Origin: Thecamonas trahens ATCC 50062
Taxonomy: Eukaryota; Protista; Apusomonadida
NCBI RefSeq assembly: GCF_000142905.1
Contig: NW_013657637.1
Span: 124,001 to 188,000 of the forward strand
Length of the DNA stretch: 64,000 nucleotides
Reading direction: 5' to 3'
Shown: positions 10,859 to 21,194 of the stretch, one piece after another
Numbering within the stretch: position 1 is the stretch's first letter
Layout of the letters: each line of letters begins with the position of its first letter
The notes under the pieces: generated by a model
Told to the model about the DNA's origin: nothing
Database searches by the model: none
Seen by the model: the letters and a program-made list of their open reading frames with translations, nothing else
Translations under genes and position numbers: made by a program

Positions 10859-13561
10859 TCATTGAAAAGCTGCAAGGAGGTCAGCAAAGGAAGGTCGATC
10901 GTCCGGATTGGTGGCCCAACCCTCGGAGATGAGCTCGCGGAGGAGCGTCGGCGCATTGTCAGGGATGGGGCCCGGCCGCCCGCCGCGGTCGATGACACGG
11001 ACAATCTGCGGGAGGTCGAGGTCGCCAAACGGGACTTGCCGGACAAGGAGCTCCCACACGCAGATGGCCATAGAGTACACGTCGGCCTTGGCGGTCGTCC
11101 GGTCGCCATTCATCACCTCAGGTGCCATATAGTTGTACGTGCCGACCGTCGACTTAATGGTTGCCGCTGTCGCCGAGTGGAAGCGAGCAAGGCCAAAGTC
11201 GGCGACCTTGATGTTCCAGTTGGCATCGACGAGCAGGTTCTGGGTCTTGAGGTCGCGATGGATGATGTTGCACGAGTGGAGATACGTCATTCCGCGAAGC
11301 GAGTCGATGACGCATCGGAAGATGAGGTCGTCATCAAACTCAGTGTCCGACTCGTGGAGAAGGTCGTAGAGTGAGCCGAGGGCGCAGAACTCTGTCACAA
11401 TACACAGGTCCGGCACAGACGCCGCCATGAACAGGACCACGTTTGGATGCCTGATCCGCGAGAGAAATGCCACCTCCTGGTGGAACTCGGTTGGGTCGGC
11501 GTTGCCGAACAGCTTCTTGATTGCAACCTCGCACCCGTTCCACACGCCCGAGTACACCTCGCCAAACGCGCCGGTCCCGAGCCGCGTGCCCCATGTAATT
11601 TCCGAGAGGTCCAGCTCGGTGTACGCCGCCACCGATCCGGCATCAACCTCGGCCTGGATCTTGGCCTCAACCTGTTCGCGCCGGCTCTGTTCCTCGCGGA
11701 CCTTCTCCTCCGCCCGCTCGCGATCCTCGCGCTCGCGCGCGAGCTGCGCCTCCATCTGCGCCAGCTTCTGCCGCAGGTCCTCCACCGAGTCGCTTGCTGG
11801 CGGAGGGCTGGCTGCTGCCGCCGCCGCTGGCACCGGTGGCGGCGGGCCGGGTGGCGGGCGGTTGGCCAGCGTCCGCGACAGCCGCCGCCCGCCACCGCGT
11901 CCGCGCCCGCGTCGGGCTGCAATCTTCGACCGCAGCCCTGCAGGCGGCGGCGGCGGCGGTTTGCCGCCTGGCACCTTGGGAGCCGAGGCTGACGAGCCCG
12001 ACGAGTTGGAGCCACCGCCGCCACTCTCGCCCCCGCGGGGCCGCCACGGCGGTGTGCCACGCCCGCTTGCTGTCGGCGACGGCAGCGGCGCCGCCCGCCC
12101 GCCCTTGACCCACGGTGCCTTGGGCGGCGAGCTGCCCGGCGCCGGCGCATTGTTCGCGCCGTTCATTGCCAGCGGCTTGCGGCCTGCATCGGCAGGCGGC
12201 GGCGGTGGCTTCTTGCCCGGTTTGGGCCCTCCCGGCACCGGCGGCGGCGCCTTTTTGACGGCTGGCACCGGGAGCGGCTTTGCGGCCGCCGGCCGTCCCG
12301 GCGGCGGACGCACAGGCTTCTTGCCCGGCTCCGGCATGCTCGGCAGCGGCTTGGATCCGCCGCCCCGCCCTGGCGGCGGCGGCTTCTTGGTTGGCTTCTT
12401 TGGCTCGCCGCCGCCAGGAGGAGGTGGGAGCGGCACTGGCCGGTCGCGCGGGCTCGGCGAGCCACTCGACAACGACTGGACGCGTGCCAGCAGCGCCTCT
12501 TACCACCCAGCATTACGATCGTCGGACGCCGGGTCTTGGCCGCCGGGCGGCGAAAGGCGGCGGCCGCTGCCATCGCCCCCTTGCGCGCTGCGGACAGATG
12601 CGCCGCGCTGGGCGAGTCCTCCACCACTGGTGTCCCGCCCCGGCTATCATATTCGGACATCGACGTCCGGCGCGCGTTCCTTGCCGCACGAGGTGGTGGC
12701 AGCGGCGAAGCCGATCGACCTGGCGCCGTGCCATGCCCGCGTCCGCGCCCGCGCCCGCGCGCGCCGCTGCGGCGGACCGGCGGCTTCCGCGGTTGCAAAA
12801 TTTGTGCGACTCCGTCTGGTGCCCGCGCCGCAGGCTTCGGCGCCTTGGCAGGCAGCGGTGGCGCCTTGGCCCCACCGCCACCCACAAGCGCCTTCATCGC
12901 GTTGCGCGTCCGCTGCGCACCCTTGGCATGCACAAGATCCATGTACTGCGGCCCGAGCCACACGTTGTCTGCAAGTCCAACCTCCTCCAGCTCTGGCAGA
13001 GACGCCAGCGCGGCTACCGGCAGCTCGCTCAGCTTGTTGCCCGAGAGCTCAAGCGTGATGAGCGCCCGGCACTTGCCGATGGCGTCCGAGACCGACTCGA
13101 TGCTGCATGCAGCCCTCCCCCTCCTCGCACCGTGAGTCTCCCAACTACAATTTCTCTCTCACCCTCTTTCCCTCTCTCGCCACGTACGCATTGTTCGCCA
13201 AATTGATGTGCTTCAGTGCAGTCAGCGTGGCAATGTCATCGCTGACCTCGCTGAGCGTGTTGCCCGAGAGGTCCAGCGAGAGCAGCGTGGCGCCGACGAC
13301 CTGCAGCGGCACGTCTGACAGCGCATCAAGCGCATTGCCAGCCAGTGAGAGATGGCGAAGATTGACCAGCGGCGTCAGAATCGACGGCGGGATGCTGAAC
13401 AGCGAGTTGGACGAGAGGTCCAGCTGGACTACCGACGTAACCTGAGCCAGCAACCGGGGCAAGCCCATAAGTCCGAGCTCTGTCAGCGCCACCTCGGTAC
13501 TGCCAGTCTCCAGCGCATGCGCCAGAACCTCCTCCACATATGCCTCTACCTCGCTCGCCAT
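10859..13561 (-). CDS. LRR + proline-rich + coiled-coil + TKL protein kinase; intron 13103-13187; frameshift or 41-nt intron near 12499
   Basis: LxxLDLSxN repeats occur in exon 1 and the start of exon 2, joined by a phase-2 GTACGT...TGCAG intron. PPPP tracts follow, then kinase motifs GTGAFG, VAIK, HRDLKTQN, DFG and YMAPE. Confidence 0.85.
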
Positions 13562-14125
13562 AGCGTCCTCCAGTTTGCTTTGCTGAACCAGCTGGTCCGC
13601 CTCCCACGTCTCCGGGCGCTTGTCGGCCTTGCGCCCTCGTCCGTCCTCACAGATACACTCGGTGGTCAGCCTACGGGCGTAACCTCGACCTTGCTCCCTT
13701 CTCCTCCCTTGCCTGGAGGCCGCAAGTGTGTCGAGTGAGGTGTCCTTCCCATACCCATCTCCTGTACTCTGTAGCTTGGCTCTCTCCCTCTCTCTCTCGC
13801 TCCCGCCTCCCCCCTCCTCCCCCACTCTCCCCCGCTCGCTCTCTTGCAAACTCATGGTTGCACCCGAATCGGCACGTGTTGCGGCAGGTTGCGGGTGGGG
13901 GGTGGTGGCCAACAAATTGTATTCGTGGCTCGCCCTCCCCCCCCCCCCCCCCCAACGTGCCACTCCTCGAGTTTGACGGCTTTTCTCTGAAGACGCCAGC
14001 AGCTCGCCTACCCGACGCTGTAGATTCAAGTGGCTCTGGGTGAGGTCATGTCGCTACAGGAGCTCTTTCCGGGCCTTCCATCTGCGGTACGGAACGTAGG
14101 GGTTTTGTGCGAGGGGTTTGGGCAA

Positions 14126-14177
14126 TGTGTGTGTGTGTGCATGTGTGTGTGTGTATGCATGTGTGTGTGTGTATGTA

Positions 14178-14208
<31 letters not shown>
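14126..14208. repeat. Imperfect (GT)n microsatellite in a divergent promoter region
   Basis: Read directly. Confidence 0.95.
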
Positions 14209-14211
<3 letters not shown>

Positions 14212-14283
14212 CACTGCATGGCGGCGGTGGTGGCGGTCGACGCGACTTGGCGCGTGTGTGCGGCGGGGGGGGGACGTGGACGA

Positions 14284-15627
14284 ATGGACGAGAAGGTGTG
14301 TGAGACGCTGCTTCGCGCACATGGGGGGTCTGTGGCTGCTGTGGCCGATCTTGTAGCGCTGGTGGGAGTGGAGGCGATTCTGGAGCAGTTTGCGCCTGTG
14401 AATGACGACGAGGGCGGGAGCGGAGGGGTGGCCGAGGCGGTGGCCGAGGCGGTGGCCGAGGTGGGCGACGTGCCGTCGACGCCTGTCGCCGGCCCGCGGC
14501 CCGAGGCAGCGGCGTTTACCCCGCTCGACTACGACTCGCTCTCGTCGCCAGCGTCGGTCTCGGCCTCTGCGACGGCGAGTCCTGCGCGATCGCCAATGCG
14601 GTCGCCGGGAGAGAGTGGGCGGCTGACCCGGTCGCTCGATGCGATGCTGGCGGATGTAGAGACGCCCGAGCGGAGCGCACGTGCACGCAAGCGGCGCAAG
14701 CTGCTTGTTCATGGCTCACCGAGCCGGATCAACCCAGCAGCGCTGGTGTTTCTTGCCGAGACGCTGCACGTTGCCAAACCGCACGAGCACGTCCGTGGTA
14801 GCGACGGCCTGGTTGCCGAGCACCGGATGTTTTCGCTTGTGGAGCTGCTCAACATTACGCCATCGACACACGCCTACCGGATGATGGTACTGTATCCACA
14901 GCCGGTGGCGGGAAGTGAGGCGCTGGAGATGGTGGAGGCGCGCCGGGGGCTCGCACTGGAGGCCATCGGCCCGATGCGTGGCTACTGGGCCGTCTACTGC
15001 GCGGCAAGCGAGCTGGACTTTGTGTGGCGCAAGTTTGTCGACGCCATGGCGCACCGGGGAAAGCTGTCTGTTCCGTTTGCGGTTGTCTCGCCGACGGTCT
15101 TTGCCGACGAGGAGGCGCACGCGGCCGCGTTTGTGGTCCCGGTCCCGGCGTCGGGCGGGCTTGCTCAACTCCGGGCGCTCGGCTCGGTGGTTGTCACTCT
15201 CACGCCGCAGGACTGTAACACGGTGTACTACCGGTCGTGCACTTGTCCGACGGCGATGGACACGGCGCAAGCACTGTGTGCGCTTGCAGTCGAGGAGGAG
15301 AAGCATCTGATCAAGTCATCCTACAAGATGGTCGCTGAGCCTGTTCCCTGCTCGGTGACCACATCGGCGACCTCGTCGCGGGCAAGTTCGCTCTCGCGGA
15401 CTGGCTCGGCCGGCGACTGCAAGGCCACACTTCGCAAGCTCTCGTTTGAGGCCGCCATCGCCGCCGCCACCAAGCCGCCCACTGCCCACGTCCTCTACGC
15501 CATCGACCGATCATCGGGAAAGCCATGGGCAGTCGTCGAGCACGATAGCGATGTTGCTAGCTGCACAAAAGCCAAGCCCGAGGCCGGGCTGGTTGACTCG
15601 CTCGAGTTTGTCGTTTCGGCCTTGTGA
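14284..15627 (+). CDS. Hypothetical protein with a divergent DUF1917/Bles03 (eIF4E-like fold) region
   Basis: Long ORF with coding-like codon use. ELLNITPS...GYWAVY...ELDFVWRKFVDAM..GKL...AVVSP resembles the GKW...D..W..I..A...G.L..AKVSP pattern of C11orf68/DUF1917. Confidence 0.6.
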   Translation: MDEKVCETLLRAHGGSVAAVADLVALVGVEAILEQFAPVNDDEGGSGGVAEAVAEAVAEVGDVPSTPVAGPRPEAAAFTPLDYDSLSSPASVSASATASPARSPMRSPGESGRLTRSLDAMLADVETPERSARARKRRKLLVHGSPSRINPAALVFLAETLHVAKPHEHVRGSDGLVAEHRMFSLVELLNITPSTHAYRMMVLYPQPVAGSEALEMVEARRGLALEAIGPMRGYWAVYCAASELDFVWRKFVDAMAHRGKLSVPFAVVSPTVFADEEAHAAAFVVPVPASGGLAQLRALGSVVVTLTPQDCNTVYYRSCTCPTAMDTAQALCALAVEEEKHLIKSSYKMVAEPVPCSVTTSATSSRASSLSRTGSAGDCKATLRKLSFEAAIAAATKPPTAHVLYAIDRSSGKPWAVVEHDSDVASCTKAKPEAGLVDSLEFVVSAL

Positions 15628-15666
15628 TCCTTGGCCGCGCAGCGCAGCGCATGGTAAAGTCTGCTG

Positions 15667-18600
15667 ATGGCGCGGCAGCCGGTGGAGAGGGGCAGCAGAG
15701 TCGGACCGGCTAGCGGGCGGCAAGTCTCAGACAGCGACAGAATAGACTTGTCGCTACAAAGGCGATCAATCGGAGCAATGGATGGCGATCGGAACCTTTC
15801 GCTGCCGGTCGGTGGGCCCGAGTCGGCGGGGAGGCAGCCGGCGGTGACGACGTCGCCGTCGGGCGTGATGACAGGTGCGAGTCCGGTCCACGACGACAGC
15901 CGGAGTCACTTTTCGCCACCGAGCGAGCATGTCCACGTGGATGTGACCCGTGAGGCATGGGTGAGACGGCCAGAGACTGTGGCGGCTGCTGAGGCGGGCG
16001 AGGTGCTGACGGCGGTCAGAAAGTGGCCTTTTCCTGCAGACGGCGGTCACGCGGCTGATCGCGGGGTTGATCGTGGGGCTGATCGCCAGCCGGCTGACCC
16101 GCCGCGCGACACGGGGGCGATGGATGAGGCTGAGCGCCTGTGGCGGCGGATGCAGGGCAGAGCGGGCGAAGAAGGCAGCGGGCAGGCGAGCAGCGGGAGA
16201 GGGATGGCAGCGCGCAACGTGCTCGCGGTTTTTGTGGCCAAGAAGCAGCTCGGGGTGGCGTGGTACTCGTGGCGCGACGACCGGGTGAGCGTGGGCAGCC
16301 GGTACGTGGGCGATGCTTCCGAGTGCGGGGCGGTGCTGGGCATGGTGGTGCGGCAGAGTGACCCAGACGTGGTGCTTAGCTGCGCACAGGGCCTTCCGGG
16401 CGAGGTGACGCTCTCGGCGGTGCTGGCCGAGGTGTACGGGACGCCCCGGGCGGCGCTGATGGAGGGCGACGAGGGCGGGGTCAGGGCGCCTGCGGCGACC
16501 TTGGTCCGGGCTGGCGAGTTTGGCTACGATGCGGCGTTGCATCGGGTCTCGCTGGTAGAAGTTCGCGGTGAGGGCGCGGTGGTGGTGGAGACGGACAAGG
16601 TGGCGCAGATGCGGGCGCTTGGCGGGCTGCTTGGGCACCTGCTCAATATGCAGCCGCGTGGGGCGGCGTCGGTGATGGGCGCGCTGCCGCGGGTGGCGCT
16701 CGACAACGACGACAGGCAGAGCGGGAGGAGCGGACACGCATCGCTGACGGTGGCTGCGGTGGTGACGGTGCCCCTGGCGGCAACGATGGTGGTCGACGCG
16801 CTTTCGCTGGCGGGCCTGCAGATCTTCGACCGCGAAGCGCATCCGTCGTTGACGGGCGTCGGCTCGTCTAAGGAAGGGCTCTCACTGTTTGGCGTCATGG
16901 ACTTCACCAAGTCTGGCCCCGGACGGCGCGAGCTCAAGTCCTGGTTCCTCAGCCCAACGATGGACGTGGTCAAGCTCCGCAACCGGCTCAACGCTGTGGC
17001 GCTGCTGCGGATGCCGGCGCACGGCGATGTGCTGTCGGAGATGCGCAAGGCGCTAGCGCACATCCGCGACGTGCCGCGGCTGCTTGCGCAGCTCGAAGGG
17101 GTGGGCATGGTGCGGGTCTCGGAGTGGCGCGACCTGCTGGCGTCGGCACTGTACGGGGTGCGGCTGGTGCAACTGGTGACGCCGCTGGCGAGCTTTGACG
17201 GGACGACGTTTTTCTCTGAAGCCGCGGCAGCGGTCGACGCGGGCGCGCTGGCGGACGCGGCCGAGCTCATCCGGTCGGTCGTCGACTTTGACGGCTCGCT
17301 GGACGCAGGCGGGGCCGAGGGTAACGGGCGGGTGGTTGTCCATTGTGGCGTCAACTCGGAGCTTGACGCCATCCGGTCGCAGTACAACGGGCTGCCCGAG
17401 TTTCTAACGCGGGTGGCGCAGCAGGAGATGGAGAACGTGCCCGAGGCGCTGGTCTCGTCACTCACCATCACTTACGTGCCGCAGCTCGGGTACATGGTCC
17501 TGTTTCCGATCGAGGCTGAGGGCGGGCTGCGGAGTGGCATGCACATCCCGCTTCCCGGCTACGAGTTCCTCTTTGCCACGCAGAGCCACCGGTACTACAA
17601 GAACGAAACGACTCGGACGCTCGATGCCGAGGTCGGCGACGTGTACTCGAAAATGCTGGACCTGGAGCGGATGGTGTTCCGGCTGCTGGCGGCCAAGCTG
17701 ACAGCGGGGGGCAGCGCGATGGCAGCGGCGCTGGGCGCGCTGTCGGCGCATGCGGCGTCGCTCGACTGCGTGGCATCGCTGGCGGTGGCAGCTGGCGAGT
17801 TTTCGTTGACGCGGCCAGTGGTGACGCGCGACAATGTGCTGGAGGTCTCTGGTGGGCGCCACATCCTGCAAGAGCTGTGCGTGCCGACATTTGTGGCTAA
17901 CGATGTAGCGCTTGGCGGGGCGGCGCCGCGAGTCGGCGTTGTCACTGGCGCAAACTACTCGGGCAAGTCGGTGTTCATCAAGCAGGCTGGGCTCATAGTT
18001 TACCTTGCGCACATTGGGTCGTTTGTGCCCGCGACGGCGGCGGTGGTGGGGGTGACGGATCGGATCTTTACGCGGCTCATTTCGCGCGAGACGGTGACGC
18101 TGGCGCAGTCTGCGTTCATGATCGACCTGCAACAGTTGTCGGTGATGGTGGCGCAGGCGACTTCGCGGTCGCTGCTGCTGCTAGACGAGTTTGGCAAGGG
18201 GACCGAGGCGCTCGACGGAGCGGCGCTGGTCGGGGCGTTTGTGGGCTACGTGGCCGGCGGCGGGTGCGGGAGTCCTCCGCCGCGGACCCTGCTCTCGACC
18301 CACTTTCACGAGCTGTTTGCCGGCGACGGGGCGCTTCTACCTGCGCCGTCGACCGTCTCGTACCTGCACATGGGAGTGGTGACGAGCGAGACCGGAGATG
18401 ACGGCACCGAGCTCGTCTTTCTTTACCAGGTCAAGCCTGGGCGGGCTGACGCGTCGTTGGCGCGGGCGTGCGCGGCGCGGGCCGGGATGCCGGACGAGGT
18501 GCTGGTACGGGCGGCCGAGTGGACGGCGGCGCTGGAGCGCGGCGAGCTGGAGGAGAAGCTTGCGGCCGACGAGATTCACGCGCAAACGTGGGCATCGCTT

Positions 18601-18699
18601 GCCGAGCTGCATACAGCGGTCGAGCGGGTCGGCGACGGCGAGCTGAGCGAGACCGAGCTGGGCGAGCTGTACCAGCTGGTGGTCGAGCGGCTCGCGTGA
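15667..18699 (+). CDS. MSH5: MutS homolog 5 (meiotic MutS-gamma); true start may be downstream (~16120 or ~16204)
   Basis: KEGLSLFG, YVPQLGY, TGANYSGKSVFIKQAGLIVYLAHIGSFVPA, SAFMIDLQQ, DEFGKGT and STHFHEL. No mismatch-binding domain I is visible. Confidence 0.93.
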   Translation: MARQPVERGSRVGPASGRQVSDSDRIDLSLQRRSIGAMDGDRNLSLPVGGPESAGRQPAVTTSPSGVMTGASPVHDDSRSHFSPPSEHVHVDVTREAWVRRPETVAAAEAGEVLTAVRKWPFPADGGHAADRGVDRGADRQPADPPRDTGAMDEAERLWRRMQGRAGEEGSGQASSGRGMAARNVLAVFVAKKQLGVAWYSWRDDRVSVGSRYVGDASECGAVLGMVVRQSDPDVVLSCAQGLPGEVTLSAVLAEVYGTPRAALMEGDEGGVRAPAATLVRAGEFGYDAALHRVSLVEVRGEGAVVVETDKVAQMRALGGLLGHLLNMQPRGAASVMGALPRVALDNDDRQSGRSGHASLTVAAVVTVPLAATMVVDALSLAGLQIFDREAHPSLTGVGSSKEGLSLFGVMDFTKSGPGRRELKSWFLSPTMDVVKLRNRLNAVALLRMPAHGDVLSEMRKALAHIRDVPRLLAQLEGVGMVRVSEWRDLLASALYGVRLVQLVTPLASFDGTTFFSEAAAAVDAGALADAAELIRSVVDFDGSLDAGGAEGNGRVVVHCGVNSELDAIRSQYNGLPEFLTRVAQQEMENVPEALVSSLTITYVPQLGYMVLFPIEAEGGLRSGMHIPLPGYEFLFATQSHRYYKNETTRTLDAEVGDVYSKMLDLERMVFRLLAAKLTAGGSAMAAALGALSAHAASLDCVASLAVAAGEFSLTRPVVTRDNVLEVSGGRHILQELCVPTFVANDVALGGAAPRVGVVTGANYSGKSVFIKQAGLIVYLAHIGSFVPATAAVVGVTDRIFTRLISRETVTLAQSAFMIDLQQLSVMVAQATSRSLLLLDEFGKGTEALDGAALVGAFVGYVAGGGCGSPPPRTLLSTHFHELFAGDGALLPAPSTVSYLHMGVVTSETGDDGTELVFLYQVKPGRADASLARACAARAGMPDEVLVRAAEWTAALERGELEEKLAADEIHAQTWASLAELHTAVERVGDGELSETELGELYQLVVERLA

Positions 18700-18703
18700 G
18701 CTG

Positions 18704-20716
18704 TTACGACTCGGAGCTTTCGGACGGGGTGAGGAAGGCAGCGATGAGCCTTGCGACGGCGGTGTTGCCTTCTGCAGCGTTGGCGCACTGCGAACAGAGA
18801 CCCCCGGTCCCGTGGGTGCAGCGGAAACAGTTAGTACACGCGATTTTCGAGCGCTTGGGGCAGCCGGAGCAGGCCGACGGAGCGAGATAGGTGGGTGGAG
18901 GCGGAGCGAGGGCGTCGGTGCCATTTGGCAGCGGAAGTGCGGCGCCAGCGGCGAGCGCATCCGGCGACGGATCGGCGAGGAAGATCGAGACAGGGTCGGC
19001 GGTCAGAGGCGACGAGCCGCTGACCGATGCAGAGGCGGCGGAACTGGCATTGGTTGGAAGGGCGGAGGACGCCTGTGATGACGACGAGCAAGAGCCAAGA
19101 GGGGCAGAAGGGATGGCAGCGGCGTGGTCGTCACTCTCGTCTACATCAGAAGACGATATGACGCGAATCTGCCTTGAGCGACCCGAGGTGCGTGCGGTTG
19201 TAGAGCTACATGCGGGGGAGCGGCGTGAGTGGCTCGGCTTGACAGGCAGCTGAGACGAGGAACGAGGCGGAAAGAGAGCGGCGTTGTGCTTGGCGAGAGT
19301 GTCGTCGTCAAAAGACTTGAAGCGAGTGTGCATAAAGTGCCATGTCGGAGCACTATCAAAGGTAGCGACGTCGCTTTGAATCTTGGCGCGGGCAGCCTCA
19401 AGGCGCTTGCGGGCGGCGGCCTCTAGCTCGGCGAGAACCTTGGCGTCGCGGACAATGCCTCCGCGCTTGTAAGCAGTGACGGAGGCGGACCGCGGCGAGA
19501 CGACGTCGACGACAGACGCACCATCCTCGTCGACACGACCGAGGTTGGCCACCACAAGAACGGCGGCGAGGTCAAAGGCGGCGTCGAGATCATGGAGCTG
19601 GGGCGGGTAGTGGAGGCCGCAGACGTGGCACGAGGCGGCGGCGCGGCTGTGCTTGGGTGTGAGGCAGACCTCGCAAAACTGGTTGGGAGAGAGGTGGGCA
19701 ACAGCACGGCGGCGCGGTCGCATCTTGATGCGGCAGGCCAGCAAGGTGTCGCGGGCCGGGCCGCTTGAAGGTTCGTCGCTGGCAGTTGAGTCACCTGCGG
19801 CAGCCGGCCCACGCCTCAGTGGCGTGGATGAAGTGTCGCGGGAGAGTGCACGGGTGCTCGTTGCGGTGGTTGCGGCCGCCCCGGTGCGGAGGGAGTCGGA
19901 GGCGGGCATTGTCGCGGGCTTGGGCGTTGGCTTTGTCTTGGACGACGTGGTGGGCTTTGTCTTGGGCTTTGTCTTGGACTTTGTCTTGGACTTTGCCTTG
20001 GACTTTGTCTTGGACTTTGTCTTGGACTTTGTCTTGGACGATGTGGTGGGCTTGGCGCGAGGCGTGGTCTCGGGTGCAGGCTTTGTCTTGGGCATTGTCT
20101 TGGACTTTGTCTTGGACTTTGTCTTGGACGATGTGGTGGGCTTGGCGCGAGGCGTGGTCTCGGGTGCAGGCTTTGTCTTGGGCATTGTCTTGGACTTTGT
20201 CTTGGACTTTGTCTTGGACGATGTGGTGGGCTTGGCGCGAGGCGTGGTCTCGGGTGCAGGCTTTGTCTTGGGCATTGTCTTGGACTTTGTCTTGGACTTT
20301 GTCTTGGACGATGTGGTGGGCTTGGCGCGAGGCGTGGTCTCGGGTGCAGGCTTGGGCGTGAGCTTTGTCTTGGACTTTGTCTTCTTGGGCGTCTTTTTGG
20401 CCGATGTCTTGGACTTTGTCTTCTTGTGCGTTTTCCTGGCCGATGATGTCTTGGCCTTTGCCTTGGAGGTGGACACAGGGCTGGTGGCGATGTCCATGTC
20501 CTCAACCCCATGCCCAGCCCCAGTTGCGGTACTTGCAGCAGCAGTCCGATGGGATGACAAGAATCCATGTCTGACGTCATCCAGATTGTTGCCCAAGTCC
20601 ATGTCCACCACATCGTCCTCGTCCGAGTCGAGTATGCCACCAAAGGCAGAGTAGCCGGTCTTGTGCGAAGATGTTGTCCGTGCCGAGCTGTCTGAGGCTG
20701 CAGTCCCTGCGGTCAT
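18704..20716 (-). CDS. Lys/Thr/Ser-rich repeat protein with two Cys clusters (putative Zn fingers); may start further upstream (~20934) across a poly-G indel
   Basis: 670-aa ORF with KTKS repeats, CEVC..x10..CHVC and a C-terminal CSGC...CTNCFRC...CSQC. Confidence 0.7.
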   Translation of the reverse strand: MTAGTAASDSSARTTSSHKTGYSAFGGILDSDEDDVVDMDLGNNLDDVRHGFLSSHRTAAASTATGAGHGVEDMDIATSPVSTSKAKAKTSSARKTHKKTKSKTSAKKTPKKTKSKTKLTPKPAPETTPRAKPTTSSKTKSKTKSKTMPKTKPAPETTPRAKPTTSSKTKSKTKSKTMPKTKPAPETTPRAKPTTSSKTKSKTKSKTMPKTKPAPETTPRAKPTTSSKTKSKTKSKTKSKAKSKTKSKTKPKTKPTTSSKTKPTPKPATMPASDSLRTGAAATTATSTRALSRDTSSTPLRRGPAAAGDSTASDEPSSGPARDTLLACRIKMRPRRRAVAHLSPNQFCEVCLTPKHSRAAASCHVCGLHYPPQLHDLDAAFDLAAVLVVANLGRVDEDGASVVDVVSPRSASVTAYKRGGIVRDAKVLAELEAAARKRLEAARAKIQSDVATFDSAPTWHFMHTRFKSFDDDTLAKHNAALFPPRSSSQLPVKPSHSRRSPACSSTTARTSGRSRQIRVISSSDVDESDDHAAAIPSAPLGSCSSSSQASSALPTNASSAASASVSGSSPLTADPVSIFLADPSPDALAAGAALPLPNGTDALAPPPPTYLAPSACSGCPKRSKIACTNCFRCTHGTGGLCSQCANAAEGNTAVARLIAAFLTPSESSES
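19925..20425. repeat. Coding tandem repeat: 90-bp unit x~3.5 built from 12-bp TTTGTCTTGGAC subunits
   Basis: Identical units start at 20041, 20131, 20221 and 20311 (partial). They encode KPAPETTPRAKPTTSSKTKSKTKSKTMPKT on the minus strand. Confidence 0.95.
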
Positions 20717-21194
20717 CCACGACGACTTGCCCGACTTGTTGGCACCATACTTCCTCTTTCCTCCCCCCCCTCACCCCCACCCCCCCCCTCACCCTCCCCC
20801 CCTCTGCTCCTCCTTCTGTCTGCGGGTGCTTCAGGGGACGACAGGAAAAGGTCGTGGTCAACAGAGGGCGAGTCGGAGGAGTGGTCGAGGTGTTTGGGGT
20901 AGGCCTCGAGGGACGACGACGAGGACGAGCTCATACCGTTTCCCTCGTCCCCCCCCTTCCGGGTGGTACTGACAGTGTGACAGTGGGGTGGTGTCCGTGG
21001 TGGTGGTGGTGGTGGTGGTGGGTGGCTGTGGTGGGCCGGGGGGGGGGGGGGCGGGGGGCGGATCGCCACGAGCAGCTGGCCAGCAGAGGGAGAGAGGGAG
21101 GGGAGGTGGAGGCGGGAGCAGAGGGAGAGAGGGAGGGGAGGTGGAGGCGGGAGGGGAGGTGGAGGCGGGAGGAGGTAACGGCGGTTTACCGCGC

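Noticed and set aside
12477-12517. 41-nt intron GTAATG...TCCAG explaining the kinase frame change
   Set aside because: It is phase-compatible but much shorter than the other introns here, with no branch-like motif. A one-G loss gives sensible protein, so it is disfavoured though not excluded.
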